Assembly (NCBI GenBank): GCA_003614675.1
Contig: ML002357.1
Coordinates: forward strand, 1-38,863
Reading direction: 5' to 3'
DNA: 38,863 nt
DNA from: Dimargaris cristalligena
Lineage: Eukaryota
Shown piece by piece: positions 34,754 to 38,863 of this stretch (position 1 is its first letter; the number at the start of each line of letters is the position of its first letter). The notes beneath the pieces were generated by a model, which was not told where the DNA came from, made no database searches, and saw nothing but the letters and a program-made list of their open reading frames with translations. The position numbers were made by a program, and so were the translations under genes.

Positions 34754-37700
34754 AGACGGGAGAAGATGGGAGGGGAGGTGGCAGTGTATGCGTATATTAC
34801 AATAAACAGTTGGTTCTTCTCCTTCGATGGCACCTGACCCACTCTCCCCTCCACTCCCTACCCGCACGCCACCTGGGCCGAAAAAAGAAGAGGGGAGTAG
34901 ACCCTGGCCAGTATGCGCATATAGAGTGGTCGCATATAATAGGCGTTCCAATAGGCATCCGTCGAAGGTCCGCGCACTCACCTGATCCGAAAAGGGAATG
35001 CGCGGCCGGCCAATATCATCATCATCCTCTTTTATTCAGCTTAGGCCAGCGGCGGTCGCTCCCCTCCTCTCCTACCCAATTTCTTCCTCTTTGCCTATTC
35101 TATCTTATAGAGAGCCCCTTTTCCTTTCCTTTACTACTTCACGGTAGCTCGATAGATTATATGATACCTCCCCGGCTGGAAATATAACTGGGGGCCAGGG
35201 CCGAATTAGCTGCCGTTACTTTAGGCCGCGGGCCTGCCATGTTGCACAAGGTACTACAGGTCCCACCGCCACAATTAGCCTTGGCCCTGTTCCCCCTTGT
35301 TCGGGGTCGGTTTGAGCCTTCGCGTCCCGATAATTCTGGTTCCCACCGGCAGTTGTTCGACACTACTGACCTATTCCATAGAATAGGGGAGATGCGATGT
35401 ATGCTCTTCTTAAAGACGGACGAGGCGGCGGCTATAGTGCCCACCATATTGTAGGTAGGTAGGCAGGTTAATAAATGCACACCGCCTTGTTCAAAACTAT
35501 TACAGCAGTAGCGGTAAATTGAACGTGTAATATACTACTACCCACCACCATACCTTTATTTGAGCCCGCTGTATCATGCATGTATAGTATACAAATAAAA
35601 GAGGGCACTGACGCATCCATCTTTAAAACCTACCCAATCCCCTTTAAAACCACCATCGATTTGGACCGAAATATACAAAGCAAACAGGCCAGCGAAAACC
35701 GGAAATTTGACCACCCCTCCTCCCCTGTGGTCTCGCTTTGATTTGCCAGCCCGATTTGTAGTGAGAGTATAGGACGGCGCCAAGAGAAGCCTCTAGATCC
35801 CCGCCTCCCATCCAATATTGGTAATTGGTTACTGGCGCAGTAGTAGAAAGTATATACCCTTCGGAATATAGGTTAATAATAATACAGTTTGTTGGCCCTT
35901 ATATCCAGTCTAGTTATTGGTCGGGGGTGATAAGGTTGGTTTACTACCCCCTGACCGTATAATTATCGAATAGTCCACTACACCACACCCTCCTTATCTC
36001 TCCTCCAGTCTAGTAGTTAGTTAGTATGTTTCGCAAATGAACTGTGGCTGTACTTGTCGCCCCTATGGGACACTATTAGGTTTAGACTGGGGATTGTTCG
36101 TCTAGAGCGCCTACCCCGTTTTTACAGGAAGTGGGGCTTCTTCCCTGACCGGTTGGCTATTTTTAGCGGGAGTCTACTACTATACTATACTATGCCTGGT
36201 GGCTCTTTTTGATCGGAATAGTCGACGAGACCCGGCATAGTGTGCATAGGGAAGCCGCAACCCTAAAACTAATGGGCAACACCCAATGAGGGGAGTGCAT
36301 CCCCACCCCCTTCTTCTACTTACTTACTATATAATATGGGGGGGGAGAGCTGGTCTAATTCGTCAACCCTTCTAGTAAAAGGAATATTCCCACTGCTTAA
36401 GCAAAGGGGGGGGGAGACTTCCATTTAGCCCGCTTGGGGGGAACGGCTAAACAATTAGCACCATTTTTCCCTTCCCAAGACTTAGCTCCTTTTATCGTGG
36501 GGGGTTCATTTCCCATCTGACCCGACTAGAGCCGGTTCCGTTCCGTAGTGTCTCAAACTGGAATCATCTCCCCTCATGTAAACGGTTGCTCCCGCGCGAG
36601 TCCAGTCCGACAATCCTAACCCTGCTATGGCCAATCTTTCACCAATCGAACTTATCCTCCCTTCCTGTCCTTTATATAGCCGCCGTGAAACTACTGCCGG
36701 CACGCCAATAGTAGACATGTTTAGTTGTTGTAGGCGAAAGGGGGAAAGGGTTGCGTAATTCATAATAGTATATCCCGGCTATACCTCACTTTTCTAGGCC
36801 CCACTGGTGAACGGGGCTGATGATTTTAATCTCCCAAGGAAAGTGCTGCTGCTTGCCTAATTCGGGTGTTTGCCCAGGAACGTCGCCTATTTGGGCTGTA
36901 CACAGTGCCTCTATTGTCCTTACGCTGCACCCGCATATCTCGATTGTCTTCCCTTGTTTCACCCTCAGCTTCTCTTACACCTTCAGTCATTCGCTCCCTG
37001 TTTACCAGTCGGCTATTTTAAGTTCCCCATACTCTGCAGGACTGTCTCTCTCTCTCCATGACCACACCCACACACTCACCCCACGTACCCGTTTGTCCAA
37101 CTAATCCTCTCTTAGCTTTCCAATCAATCTACCTCCCCAACCCCGCATACCCGGACTGTGGTCCCGCATTTTTAATTGATAAATACCGCCGTGGTGTCAA
37201 GTTGCCGAAGCATTCCACCTCTTTCACTGCCTCATTTATGTACAGCTACATCATAAATTCCGCCAACTTGACCAATTAGTCCAGCAGTGAATTTTCCCCT
37301 CCCCCATTCCTTCCTTCACTTTATCGTCTACCTGCATCATGCCGTAGTCAAAAAGGCGGAATGGGATTTCCCCGCCTCTGCTGCCGACTATCATCATTAT
37401 GACCACTGCGAAACGGGTCGATAATGAACGGTTGTTGTTCATGGATAGCCTGTTAGGATCTGTGGGGGTTTCATTATTTCCATCCCACCAGCCATTCCGA
37501 TCAAATCGTCCCAGTCGATTTGCGCTCTTTATTGCCGGTTCAAAGGGCTGGGTGGTGTGCTATGTTCACTTAATTATATATATATATATATAAAAGAATC
37601 GACGGTGCAAACGAGTTATAAATATAAATATCTACACAACCTTCGGATTGGTTGGAGTGCTTGGGTTGCCCCCCAAGAGACAATCCCGTGGACCGTTAAT

Positions 37701-38863
37701 CCGTCGACCTTGTTTCGGCGATTGTCTATTTCGGATTTAGCCATTTACATTGGATGGTATAGCAGTCTCACTTCGTTATATACGTAGCAGCCCGGCGGTT
37801 TCTCGATCACCCGTTACCAATCAATTACCATTGTGCATCAAATCTGTACTACTCGGCTATCTAAGGTCGAGTATTTAATTCACCAGCAACGTTTGCCATC
37901 TCCCCCACCCCTCACAACTCTACCATGCGTAGGCTAAACACTACCAAGTTAAACTACTCTTGGGTATGCTTAGAGTATCCCCTAATGGTATAGAGAGAAG
38001 GTAGGAGGGAGGGGTGTCCAAGAGTACTTTCGTTCTCAAGGGGATATAATCTGCATTCCAACCCACCCCCCTGTCAAACTGGCATTCAATAACACCGCCA
38101 AAAACCGGTCTGGCAAACAATAACACGCGCTTAATAACCGAAATATTCTTATCCGTATAGATATATTCGTGAATATTAAACAATCAATGGTGAGCCCGCT
38201 TAATTCAACGAAGGAACGGTCCGAGTTTGCTAATGCCAGGGTTATTCAGGGTGCCCTTGGTTAATGAGCTAGCCCCTTTCCCTTGAAGGTTTTTTTACGG
38301 TAAACCGCAATTGGATAATTTGCATTCCAGGTCCTATGTTTTATACACTAATCGATTCCCCCCCCACCCCCCCTCACCATCTCATCCATCCCCCTCCCTC
38401 TATTCCCATACACTGAAGGAGGGGGTATGACACGGTGGTGGCATTCGTTCACGTTGATATCGGCAGTTCCTCATACTGTCGGTATGTAATGAACTTAAGT
38501 GTGTGGGGAAGAGGTCGGTAAATTTGCTTGCAAGGTGGTGGCACTTACTGTACAGGAACCCCACTTGACTATATACTTTCGGGTAGCAGCGCCCTTCAAT
38601 ATGAACGAAACTCGCTTATATTTAGTTATATTAATAAATTATACCTAGTGAATTAACCAACTGTTGTGGTAGGACCTGAGACTAATTAGTTAACCGCAGT
38701 ATTTCTTTATTAATCAGTTCCCATTACTATATCCTTTTATCAGCGAAGTCTTGATTTATTATTTTATAACCTTGCAATATCATAGCAAGTGAGAAACACA
38801 TCAAATATCACTCACATTTATATTTGATATCATCATTAGCCAGATATATTCGTAAACTCATCA

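Noticed and set aside
34361..34981. 206-aa minus ORF upstream of BTG
   Set aside because: GTG start; translation of the (TTCC)n leader.
1..38863. CRISPR arrays, transposase/RT ORFs, TPP riboswitch, TGA-CTA readthrough signals
   Set aside because: Looked for by eye and none found; no spaced direct repeats or diagnostic motifs.

Overview
Eukaryotic, gene-sparse (about 7 genes in 39 kb), microsatellite-rich genomic DNA with GT-AG spliceosomal introns. The gene content points to an early-diverging fungus; Zoopagomycota-like is an inference. Supported genes: an F-box/LRR-like protein (-), mitochondrial acetylornithine aminotransferase ARG8 (+), a probable 91-aa orphan microprotein with an intron-containing leader (+), a 7TM receptor with class-C-like motifs (+), a She10-like membrane-anchored protein ending in HDEL (+, real start 17609), a five-exon Kv-beta/aldo-keto reductase with a ~240-aa disordered N-terminal extension and a 29-nt microexon (+), and a BTG/Tob anti-proliferative family protein (-). 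I found no CRISPR, intact mobile element, rRNA or convincing tRNA, and no clear multi-gene novel system. The most notable items are 'animal-type' regulators in a fungus (BTG/Tob, extended Kv-beta, class-C-like GPCR), the orphan small gene, and an ORF-less minus-strand region with splice signals and a telomere-template-like 10-mer (speculative).
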